From: Auanema rhodensis
Taxonomy: Eukaryota; Animalia; Nematoda
Reading direction: 5' to 3'
DNA length: 64,000 bases
Assembly (NCBI GenBank): GCA_964057225.1
Contig: OZ059898.1
Span: forward strand, 7,378,001 to 7,442,000
How positions within the stretch are numbered: the first letter of the stretch is position 1; every line of letters starts with the position of its first letter. Below are positions 49,635 to 60,961 of this stretch, in pieces. A program made the position numbers and the translations under genes. The notes beneath the pieces were generated by a model. The model saw only the letters and a program-made list of their open reading frames with translations, did not search any database and had not been told where the DNA came from.

Positions 49635-51270
49635 TTACAAAATATCTGAATCTTCGCATTGACGTTTCATTCGATTTAATCGAAGTTTTTCTCGTAAAAA
49701 TGCTGATACCATTCGTTCCATCAAATCACCCGCTTCGTGTGCCATTCGATTATTACCTAATGCTCGACACTGCTGTCTGATCAATCCAGGAATATAGTTT
49801 GTAACGCAGCGTAAAGCTCTAAACATGTAAAAAGTTTGTGTGAGCACAGATAAGCTGGTTTATAGGATGCTACATGTTCTACATCTATGTTGTCAAATTT
49901 TAAAAGACAGGACACTTACGCGCATGTTTGTGGAGTTGCTTGCAGAATAGAATTCTCATCTGTTTCAACAGCAAAGTATCCACATCGTATAAAATATTGT
50001 TCTAGTGATGTATGACCTTGATAGCATGGTAGATATTTGCGAAAATCTGGAATAAATAAATAAAAATTCTTAAATTATGTGATTATAGGTAAACTAACCC
50101 TCATAATGACGAGCACATATAAAATGATTTAAATAGTTTTGACGAATAAATGGACGAAGATAATATTCATGATTGGGAGATGATAAACAGTTATAAGCAC
50201 ACTTGTTTGTTTCATTATATGCCCTTTAAGTTTAATATTATTCTTTATACTTTGTAAAAAGAAAGTTGTATTTCTTACCGACAATGCTGCTCATGCTGCT
50301 TCAAATCAAATTTTCGGTTTATTAAGGCGAGTACAGCATCGTGAGATGAACTAACATTGTAACGATCTAAGCATTCTTTCCAGCATTTCTTATATAAAGC
50401 TTCTTTTAAATCATCTTCTAATGAAGGAAAAGTGCTGAAAAAGAACAAATTTTATGTTTGTCTGAACGTTTTTATCTTTCGGAGAAATTTTTATCTTTTT
50501 TTTCTGTTCTGGTTATTTTTCATACAATTTGTTCACTATTATTAACCCCCTCTTTCCTTTTCAAGATTTTTCACAGATAATCTTAATGAACACCAGCCAT
50601 TCTGGCACCACAGCTACCGGAAACAATTTTATACATGTAAATACATGTATATATAAATAATATAATCAATAATTATAAATATAAAAGATATAAAGAAGAT
50701 AAAAGTAAAAGGTTTTTGCATGTTTTTATGTTAAACGTTTGTTATTCCTTCAAAAAGAGAGGTATATATATATCAAAAAAGAGAAGGAGAGTAAGATAGA
50801 GCGAAAGAAAGAGAGAGAATTTCAAAAGAACTTAGTGAAGAGAAGAAACATTGAGACATCAAGTTTAATGCCGTCATGCAAAGAAAAAATAGCAGCAAAC
50901 CTCAATAAATTAATTCTCTCTAAAAAGTTTTTTTTTTCTTGAAATTGAACAAAAAAAAAAGATAAGAAATAAATATAATTATATTTTTATTTTAATCGCG
51001 TCATGTCAATCATCATACAGCTGATCTTTTCTTTATTTGATTTACTTCATTTCACTGACTCTTAAGTGAATCAATGACTCATATTATTATAAAAATAATA
51101 AATTTTAATAAAAAATAAATAAATTTTAAATATTAATATTTAATATATTTAATTTTATATAATTAAGATCATATATTGTTATTTGGAAAAATGATAATGT
51201 AATACCTTGAATAGACAATGATACTGCTAAAGAGCAGAAATCGAAATAATACGTGAGATACACTGTTCAT
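49635..51270 (-). CDS. Secreted Cys-rich CPG4 (chondroitin-proteoglycan-4)/DUF19-like domain protein. Exons ~51270-51206, 50434-50279, 50223-50099, 50046-49920, 49818-49635
   Basis: Signal peptide MNSVSHVLFRFLLFSSIIVYS, then KKCWKECLDRY...HEQHCRAYNETNKCAYNCL...NHFICARHYEDFRKYLPCY...RCG...TCAALRCV...QQC...QC. The Cys spacing (C..Y.....C...C; FIC......F...LPC) is as in nematode CPG4/DUF19 domains. Introns are in-frame GT-AG. Confidence 0.75.
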
Positions 51271-52291
51271 ACGATATAACTCCAGAAGCAATTGATACCA
51301 ATAGTTTGAATAATTCTAAAATAAAAAGAAAGTTATAGGGAAAAATTTAAAGAAAGACATTGAAAGAAAGAGAAATCAAGAAATCTGAATAAGGATAACA
51401 ATCAAAAAACTCTGAAAAAGTAAAATTTGACACGTGAGATGCTATTCACTGTCTTATCTTTTTATGAAAGAGAAGCTAATGGAATCAAACTCAGTTATAT
51501 CGTCATTTCCTTATTTTCCAGCAAAGTCTTAAAGAAAGAAGGGAAAGGAGATGGGTTTTGATCACAAAGTTATTGAATTAATCTTAATTAAACTAATTAA
51601 TATTAATAAGAAAAATATAAAGTATGTTCACTACTATCATATTATAATATTGTTTTTGATCATTTTTAAATTTTAAAAGATAAAAGTGAAGTATTGTTGT
51701 GTACATTAACTTCATTAATTATATAATCTTTAAAACTTAGATAAATCTTAATAATTAAAACAAAAAAATATTAATAAATTAACTTTTTTTTTCTAGATAA
51801 AATATTAAAATCAAAGTAAATATATGTATTTTATTGAAAATATCTATACATACATGTATAGATTATATGATAAAGTACAATTGAAAATCAATCTTTCTTG
51901 TCTTATCTACAGAACTTTTCCTGAGAAAAAAAAAATATTTTTTCATATTATCATGCCATCTATCTATTGAAATTCTAATTTTTAAAAATAAAATATATTT
52001 GAACCAGGAAGAAATAAAGACTGATGCATCTAAAGACATCTACAAGATTAGGATGTACTTTTATATATGTATTTTATATAAATATAAATATATAATTAAA
52101 AACATATTTATAATAAAAATATTATTATAAATTATATTGTTTATATGTTTTCTTTGTAAATTATTTAATAAATTTTAATTTTTTAATTTTCGATAAGACT
52201 TTCAAACTCTTTTCTTTTTTTGATGGTTTCGTTATCCGTTTACAGTCATAGAGATAGCTTGATAGATAAATGGACAGAAAGAAGGAGAGAA

Positions 52292-52350
<59 letters not shown>
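52292..52350. repeat. (GA)n microsatellite
   Basis: Directly visible. Confidence 0.95.
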
Positions 52351-52353
<3 letters not shown>

Positions 52354-52939
52354 AGAAGAAATAGAGAAAAAGAGGTTGGAAAAGAGGTATGAACAACAGG
52401 TATGTTCTTGTCGAAACCATGCATACAAGCTTTTCTTTTGTTTCATCGTTTCACCAACTCCTCTTCTTAATGAGGCTTGTTCTCCATCTTTCGGTTTGAA
52501 AGCTTTGGTGGCTTAGATGGATAGAGAAAGATTGCAAAAATGAATAAAGCAGGAACGAGAGTCAAAAGGCTTTGAAATTGAAATAAGGAGAAGCAGGTTT
52601 GTCTATTCCGTATATTCGTCCCAAAGCAAGCAGTCAGACTGTCAGGGCTAACCATCAGTTGTAGCATCTCAATCTCTCAGCGGCTATTTCGTCTTGTATT
52701 CTGTTCGTTGGCCTCCATATTATTCTAGTCATACACATATACATACAGTACCTGGTAAGTTCTATGCTATAAAGCTTATTCTAGTTAAATTTGTAGTTAA
52801 GTCATCTTCATCGATATTTGAAACAGACTGTTGTGACAGGGGCCCATCAACATTGACATCTCTTCATCTGAATTATCGTCAGAATTAAAAAGATCTTCAT
52901 TGGTCATTATTATTTTCATTCAATTACAATCTGCTATAT

Positions 52940-54259
52940 ATGAACTGTCATCATCAATTTTTCGCAATATTTTTACTTTTATTTATCAGGTATGTCATTT
53001 TCAAAGCTAAATTTAATATATATTACTAACTATATAATCAAATATTTTATAATTTATCTTTATCATAGCAAATATATGTCTAAATTTCTTTTTTTTTTAC
53101 TTTATGACCTAAATTTGAAATGAAAAAAGTAACATTTTTCCTGAGACCGGGGGAGGGGGGGGGGAATATCTGACAACTTATCCTGTCAGATACCATGTTG
53201 TGAGTGATTGATAACCGTTTTCTCTTTTACCTTTTTTACTTCATTCATTTCCTCGAATTTTTTTTTCTATGAAACATTCATTGTTATCTATTCCTGTTCT
53301 AATTTACCTCAGTTTTAATCTTTTCATTATCAATTTTTTATTATTTTTTATTTATAATAGAATTATAGTTATATTATCCTAGTCTTTTCTTCCTTTTTTT
53401 CAGTATAGCCAGCTGTTCTAATATACGACGACGTCGTCGTATATGGAGAAAAGATGAAATTACATGGAAATTACGTGATCCAAATCATTTTATTGAATCT
53501 GATGATACTTTTCAAATGATTCGGTTTGTATATTTATTAATTCAATTTGAAGCATAAGGATTTTGTAAATTATTTTATAGATCACTTATTTCTACAGCAT
53601 TTTCTATGTGGGAGACAGCTCTTGATTCTAAGCTTCTGATCACAGAACAGCTTGAATCAGATCATGCAGCTGATATTGACATATTCTTTGCTCGAGGACA
53701 ACATGGAGATATAGAAGTAGGGAAACAATCTTTTAGTATTTTCCCTCTCGCAGATCTTCCCTAAGTTTACGTTTCCAAACAATTAAAAGAAGAAACAAAT
53801 TTCATTCAATTGAATAGTTTCAGTCATTAGATGGGCCAGGAGGTATTGTAGCTCACTCTGGGCTACCTCCTAAAGGATATCTTCATTTGGATGCTGATGA
53901 ACAATGGTCATTTGACGGTAAAAACGGCGTTGACCTTCGATATGTGAGTCTAAATGGAGAAATTCATCAACGACAAAAAAAACTTTTTTTTACGTCTAGA
54001 AAACTTGAATTTTACCGTAAAAATTCATCCTTTTAAGGTAATTTTACATGAAACTGGTCATGTATTAGGATTACGACATACTGAAATAGCGTCAGCTATT
54101 ATGAATCCTTACTATAGGTATAAGCGTTTAATTCAATTTGATATTGAAACTTTTTTTTCCAGAGAATTGAAAAATGGAATGATACTATCATCACATGATG
54201 TTAGTTCAATTCAAAAATTATATTTTAAAGAAAAATATCGAAAAAATGAAATAATTTAA
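52940..54259 (+). CDS. Matrix metalloproteinase (peptidase M10A, zmp-like), signal peptide plus catalytic domain only. Exons 52940-52989, 53404-53523, 53581-53716, 53824-53943, 54038-54117, 54163-54259
   Basis: MNCHHQFFAIFLLLFISIASCSNIRRRRRIWRKDEITW...ADIDIFFARGQHGDIESLDGPGGIVAHSGLPPKGYLHLDADEQW...VILHETGHVLGLRH...AIMNPYY...DVSSIQKLY. The HExxHxxGxxH motif, Met-turn and structural-Zn ligands are intact. Confidence 0.92.
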
Positions 54260-55277
54260 CAAGGAAGAAGCTGGAAGTATCAAAAGTTTTAAGAATTTTG
54301 ATCAATCGATACGGATACATGTCATTAATTTTAAAATAGATCTCTTATTTATTAAAATTGTATATTACTTTGAAGAAAAAACAAATTATAATTTTAATAA
54401 TTATACATTAAAGATTATTAATATTATTAAAATAAATTGTAAAACAATGAAAAAAAAAGAAATTTAATAAAATATTTATTAAAATAATTTATATTTTAAA
54501 TTCTTATATAAATAATAATATTTATAATTAAACCATTAGTTTTTTACAAATTTTTACGATAGTTCTAGACAAGTATACATGTTTGAATCCTTTCTAAAAA
54601 AATCTTTTTTTTTTGAAGACTGATCGTCCTTTTTTAGGAATTTATATTCTGTTTTAAAAAAATTATATATAATAAAATAAAATAAATAAATATATATATT
54701 GATTATTCTATATTAAAATTTCTATTATTTCAATTTTTCAAAGATTTCATAAAAAATTTTATTGAAACGAAAAGAAACAATCGAACTTTCTTTACATAGC
54801 CATGTTGTCTCTCTGAAGTCAACATACTATCTATCCATAAAACCATATATGAGATCGAGAGACAGCTGGTATAAAAGATGAAAAGAAAACGACATTGACA
54901 GAATGCCTCGAGGAAAGTTGTCGTTGTCAATGACCGGTCCATCTGAAATATGTAGAGAAGATATAGAAAGAAGGAAAGAGAATAAGATAGATTTTGAAAT
55001 CAGATGGTATACAGAGAGAAATAGATGGATTTAGATGAACGTTAAAGAAAAAGAGTCCGTGAAAAGAGAGAGAAGGAACAACGCTACAGGATCGCGATTC
55101 ACCACCTCTTCTACAGCATAGCTATGGGTCATCCATCCATCCCGCCTTCTATCCATTCCCCCCCATCTGACGTCTTCAGCATTGAAGCAACTACCAGCCC
55201 GTCCTTTCCACTTATCCTTCGTTTGGACCTCGTTTTCACTTCGAGACATCGCTGTCTAGAGTGTTTGAAGTACGACG

Positions 55278-55763
55278 ATGAAATTACTTGTACTAGTAGC
55301 GCTGACGGCAAGTGCCGTAGCTCAGAATTCGTTTAAGGTAAGTCTATATTATGATAAAATATTTTATAAAAATCATTATAATAAGAGTAAGAATTTTATT
55401 TTCTAACATATTTCACTATTTTGAAGTGATTTTACATCATTTCAAACTACCTAATTTGTCTGTTCTAATTAAACTCGACAGAAATTTGTCATTTAATTGG
55501 CTATAATACAGAAAAACTTCTTTATTCATTTACAACTATTTCATTATTTCATTTACATATTCTATTATTTTTTCAAATTTTATAAAAAAAATTCTTACAG
55601 TAGCAATAAAATGGCAAAACTATAGAGAGTATCTCGAAGGTAAAACTAATAATGAGAACTGGAATGTGAGAGAGATTGCGAGATTGAGGGAGAGATCTTT
55701 AGAGAGAGAAGCAGAGAGAGAAGAGATTAAAAGATTAAGAGATAGAGAGATAGAGAGAGAAAT

Positions 55764-55810
<47 letters not shown>

Positions 55811-58701
55811 GAGAGAGAGAGAGAGTGAGTGAGAAAGAACATGACTAAGCAGCTTCTTTTCTTTATCGTTGATCTAAGAACATAAGCTTATGTCGGCTTT
55901 GTTAGGATATATTCTTTTTAAATAGCCAAGATCCTAAAATGTGTATAAACTTCTTGTTTTTCTCATCAATCTTACTCTTTTTCAAGCTATATTTTCCTTT
56001 CTTGGGCTTTCAATTGTCGAAATTTCTTGAATGTGAATCATCAGAACTATCACAGACAGAGAATCCGTCTTTATCGGATGATATCAGAAAAGTCTGAACA
56101 TAGAAGATGTCTACGGACATATATAAGACATATCATGTCAATAATGAGACTACGAGGACGATGTAATGATCCTGAACAACGTTGTTTCATCTAAACATAA
56201 CGACCATGTCCTCTGGATCACATACTTAATCTCATTCTCTATTTCGCTGATCATTTTTATTCCATCAATTTTTCATCACTATTTCCTCCCATCGTCTTTG
56301 TTCAGCAACAAAAAAAAAAGATTTTCTATTTCAATATAATCCTATCTATTCTTATATACAACATCATCTAATATCTCTTTTCAACATTCCAGAATACTCG
56401 ATTTGATATCCCAGCTGATTTACCTGTGGAAGATCCTACTGTTCTAGCTCAGATTGAGGGAGTACCAAATCATCATGTGAAAAATGAATTGAAACCCGTA
56501 AAAATTAGAAAGCCATATGCTCATCAGATTAAGGTTTCATCTAATCTCAATTTGTACTAAGTATTATCTGATTTAGGAGGCTAATGTTGGTCCACAACCT
56601 GCTCAGCCTCAACCCATTGCGGCACCAGCACCAGTTGCAGCTCCTGCTCCTGCTCCTGCTCCAATCCCAGCAGCTCCATTGCCAGCTCCTACTGTCAATC
56701 CTGTTTTCCCAGGCCTTCCAGGATTTCAACTTCCTACTATTCCTGGTCTTGCCCTTCCCGGCTTTGCACCTCAGCCACAAGTTGCTTCAGCTGGCTTCCA
56801 AGCTCCACCAGAAGCTCCAATTCCTACTGCTGATGATTATGATCAGCCTTTAGATATTCCATCATCTAGATCAGCAACAAAGAAACCTAGACGAAATGGC
56901 AACCCTCAGAACCGTAAAAACCAGAATAAACAAACTACCCCAAGACCCTCTGTGGCTACTTCCACGACAGAAGCTCCATTAGTTCTTGTTCAGAATCAAG
57001 GACCAGCTCAAACCTTAGGCCAACAACCATACAATCCACAATTTTATCAACAATATCAACAACAATATCAACAGTATCAACAACAATATCAACAGTATCA
57101 TCAGCAATATCAACAACAACAACAACAACAGCAAAGTCAATTTGGCCAGCAAGTACCACAAAATGTTCAAGTAAACGTTTATTTTTAATTTCTATAACAT
57201 CAACCGTTTTCAGGGTCCACAACCTGTATTTGGTCAACAGCCGTTTGCTAGCCAACCCGCTCAACAATCGTTTATTCCTCAACCACAACCACAAATTCAG
57301 CCTTCTGTCTTCCAACCTCAACCTCAACCAGGCTTAGTTGTAAGTTTATTTTTCATAAATATTCACGTAATTAAACTTATTGAAGGCTCAACCACAACTT
57401 TCATTGCTTCCTCAACCACAACCTCAACCACAACTTCCAATTCAGCTTCAACCACAACCCCAACCACAGCCACAACCACAACCACAACCACAACAACAGT
57501 TCTTCCAGCCTCAACCATCCTTTACACCAGCACCTCTTGTTGCTCCTGTTCCTGTTCCACTTCCAGCTCCAGCAGTTCGAGAGTCATTCAATCAAAATGT
57601 AATTATGATTCTAACTACATATCACAAAATCGTTGTTTAGCTTCCATCACAGCAATTTGCTGCTCCTACACGCAAGTTAGAATCTGCTAGTAACCAACAA
57701 TTGGCTGTATCGCCCCCAGATTTTGGAGAAGTATTATCCATCAAATATGATAAATTTCATAGAAAAGTCATATTTCAGCAACCAACTGTTGTTCAACCAT
57801 CTATTGACAGTGGAATCACAACCAATGAAGCTGTTGGATATACCAGCGGAGCCAATACTCCAAGTCGTGCTTCTATCTGGTTTAAGGAAAGCATTGATTT
57901 AACACGTAAGTGAATGAAACAACAAATATAAGAAATGAAATAGAAAATAGAACACGAAGAAAATCTTCTCCTTCTTTCGTAATCTTAAGAAATAGAAAAG
58001 ATATTAACATTTTTCAAATAAGATAAGAATTCATTCATTAAATTTCACTTTTCAACCAGAATTGATCTATTTTCTCCTTTTTTTTTGTAATAAAACTTAT
58101 AGTATTTCAAAGAATTAATAAGATAAAACATTTAGAATGTCGTGCTGATATTAAAAATATTGCTGAATTATTCAAAAGCAAATTTCCAGTTTATTTAAGA
58201 AATGGTGGAAAGGTAAGAAGATATTTATATTTTCTTAATATATTTTATTTATTTTAGGATGCTGATCTTGCTCAACTTATACAAGAGAGAATTTCTGAAT
58301 GTGACAAGAAATCTTCTGCTGGACATTGGGAGAAGGTTGACAGTTTGTTAACCAAGATTTCATTATCCAAGAGGTTTCTAAATTAATAATTATAATATTC
58401 GTATAATTATATGAATTATAATCATAAATTATTTGATTTTAGTGAAGAAGATGAATGTCGTGCTGGACTTGTTCAGGAACGTATCTCATGTGATAACTTA
58501 TTAAACTTCACTTGTCAATTTATTGCCCCAGGATATCCATTCCGATTGGTTCCAGCTAGAATTACTATTCAGGTTATCCATATATATTTCTTTTCTTAAA
58601 GTTTCCTCAACTGTTCCTTGTAGGAAGCTAGACAAGCTGAAAATGGAGCTGAGAAATGCAGAAAAGTTGTTCGTTTGGTAAAAAAAAGATTGGAAGGATA
58701 A
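55278..58701 (+). CDS. Secreted Pro/Gln/Tyr-rich protein with a C-terminal Cys-containing domain (pqn-like, probable cuticle/aECM component)
   Basis: Exon 1 (55278-55337) is MKLLVLVALTASAVAQNSFK followed by GTAAGT. Exon 2 from 56393 reads NTRFDIPADLPVEDPTVLAQIEG. PAP, QQY and PQ repeats follow. The C-terminus is ECRADIK...ISECDKK...EEDECRAGLVQERISCDNLLNFTCQFIAPGYPFRLVPARITIQEARQAENGAEKCRKVVRLVKKRLEG*, with TAA at 58699-58701. Confidence 0.85.
55766..55825. repeat. (GA)n microsatellite in intron 1 of the P/Q-rich gene
   Basis: Directly visible. Confidence 0.9.
57045..57135 (+). repeat. Coding CAA/TAT repeat (QQYQQQY...polyQ)
   Basis: Translates to YQQYQQQYQQYQQQYQQYHQQYQQQQQQQQ in the gene's frame. 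Confidence 0.85.
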
Positions 58702-59773
58702 AGTTTTATTAAAAAACTTTAATACTATATATTGTTTAGTATACTAAGTGCAATTATAATATATAATTAATATATTTATTGTTAATAAATTATTCAGTAA
58801 TTTGTTTTTATTTATTTTTGTTTAAATATTTATTTATATGAAGAAAATATATAAAAAAAAGCTTAATATTTCATAATTTTTTATACTTTATTCGTAGAAT
58901 CATCTGCTAATAATTGACTTATGCTGAGCTAATCCTTTCTTAATCTGCTATGTATGTAACATACTTTATCTTCTTATACTAACTATATCATATAATTACC
59001 TATAATACGCCAGATTTACTTCTAATGCTAAGAAAAAAGTTTTACAGCCTTTGCATTACATGTTATTCTTTGCTGTTAGCACATATCTGTGGTAGTATAC
59101 TAACCTTATATACACATAGTTAATAAAATTCTCTGTTGGACATGTGCCAATTGGCACTTGTCCAAATGACCTAAACCTATTCTAACACAATATGAATAAA
59201 CATAATAGAAGAAAGGGAGAGTTAGAGAGAAGAAGAGAAAGACTAATGGGAGGAGTATGATGACAGGACGCTCTTCGGAACTGTTCTGCGCGCCATTCAT
59301 CATCATATTTGGATCTCATCTACTCACTTGTAGCTTTCTTTTTCTTATATTACTATATTCTATCAAAATTATATTTTTGTTTTCATTTAAAACAAACAAA
59401 AATAATTTTTTATTTTGTTTTCTTTATGATAATTGATTAAATTATATAGTAAGTATAGTAATATATTATTTTGAACTTGAACAATTCCTTTTATAGACTT
59501 TTATTCTCTGTTTTTTATATTTTCTCTATCAATCTATTCCTCTTACTTATCCATTCATATTATTATTTTCCTCTATCTTTCTAATTCTCTCTTATCATTA
59601 TTCTTCTTATCGTTTTACCTTTTTTTTCATCTTCTCTATCTATCTATCTATCTATCTATCCAATCATCTTTTCATGATTTTCTTAATTTCCTGCAATGTT
59701 AGTTTATAACCTATAAAGTGTGTCAAATTGTTAAATTTCTATTCAAATTATTATTTTTTTTGTTTGTTATAGA

Positions 59774-60712
59774 ATGGCTAAGGCTGTTGTACGTCATCCT
59801 ATTATACAAGGTTATCTTGTATTATATAATGTAGCCATGTTTCTAGTTCACTATTTTGTATTTGTGGATGTAATTCATGAAGTACGAAAACGTTAGTTTT
59901 GACATATTTCTCTTATTCATATATATAATATTATAATATTTATAGATAATTATTCATATATAAATCATTTTGCTTCACTTCGATTTGCTACTGCTCTTCA
60001 ATTCATTGATATCATTCATGGATTGGTTGGCATCACAAAGACAAATGCTAAGATTGGCCTTCTTCAAGTTTGTGGACGTCTTCTAGTCTTATACAGTATT
60101 GTTGGTGTTGAAAATCTGTATAAGGATCCATTCCCAGTACTTGTACTGATCCTTGCTTATGTTTTAATTGAATTATTCCGGTATTCTATACGTATAAGAG
60201 ATATAACTAAACATTTAATTTTCTTATAGTTATCCATATTATGCCTTGAGAGCCATTAACAAGTCATGGTATCCATTCAGCTTCTTGCGTTACAATGCTT
60301 GGATCATTCTCTATCCAATTGGATTACTCTGCGAATGTAAGTAATTTTTAGCTCTTTTTTCCATTTTAAACTCTAAAATGAAGTAAATATCTATATTTAA
60401 TCTTCATAATATTTGTTATTCTATAATTTATTTATATTTTCAGACAATACCTTATCTCGTGTTGGATACACACACTACAATAAGGGAACATTCACTCCAT
60501 ATCTTCCAGAAGCAGTAGCTAAGTGCTCTTGCTTTTTCATTGCTATTGCTACCGTCCTTACATTTGGTTTTGTCATGTTAGGACAACAGCTATTGCATCA
60601 TATGGATAAACAACGTCAACAACATTTCGGAGGTTCTTTGATCTTTCTAACACCACGTAAATTGCAAATGAAAGTAAAGCAAATGTGGCGTAACTGTTGT
60701 TTAAGAGGGTAG
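59774..60712 (+). CDS. Very-long-chain (3R)-3-hydroxyacyl-CoA dehydratase (HACD/PTPLA/Phs1 family). Exons ~59774-59891, 59946-60180, 60230-60336, 60444-60712 (3' end uncertain)
   Basis: GYLVLYNV...LQFIDIIHGLVGIT...LLQVCGR...IELFRYPYY...FLRYNAWIILYPIGLLCE matches the PTPLA signature, with catalytic Tyr and Glu present. It also has the typical C-terminal HM.KQR. Confidence 0.9.
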
Positions 60713-60961
60713 ATCATCAAAGAGCATGATACAAGCTATATAAAGCTTTTATCTTTGTTGAATACTTGATTGTAAACAGGTACTTAGCTCTGCTGGACAG
60801 TTAGAATTTTCTTGTCTCATGCATTTGTATCATTTTTTTGCATTTCACGCATAATATTCATATTCTACTAATAATTGTTTGCTAAATAAACTTTAATTAA
60901 ATCATTTATTTTATTGATTAGTAATAATATATTATAACATATAGTTAATAAATATAAATAG

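Noticed and set aside
17008-52827. Scattered CTGTTTCA (piRNA Ruby motif) matches, e.g. 36423 (+) and ~17008, 28237, 52819 (-)
   Set aside because: Only a handful in 64 kb of AT-rich DNA; no cluster density.
53149-53164. G-quadruplex at G5-A-G10
   Set aside because: One G short of four G3 runs with loops; at most a weak two-tier or bulged structure.
55124-55336. ORF MGHPSIPPS... as first exon
   Set aside because: It stops just before the GTAAGT donor. The overlapping frame from ATG 55278 gives a signal peptide and splices in frame.
56547-57327. Minus-strand ORFs and the alternative-frame ORF 56584-56853
   Set aside because: Shadows of the P/Q-rich exons.
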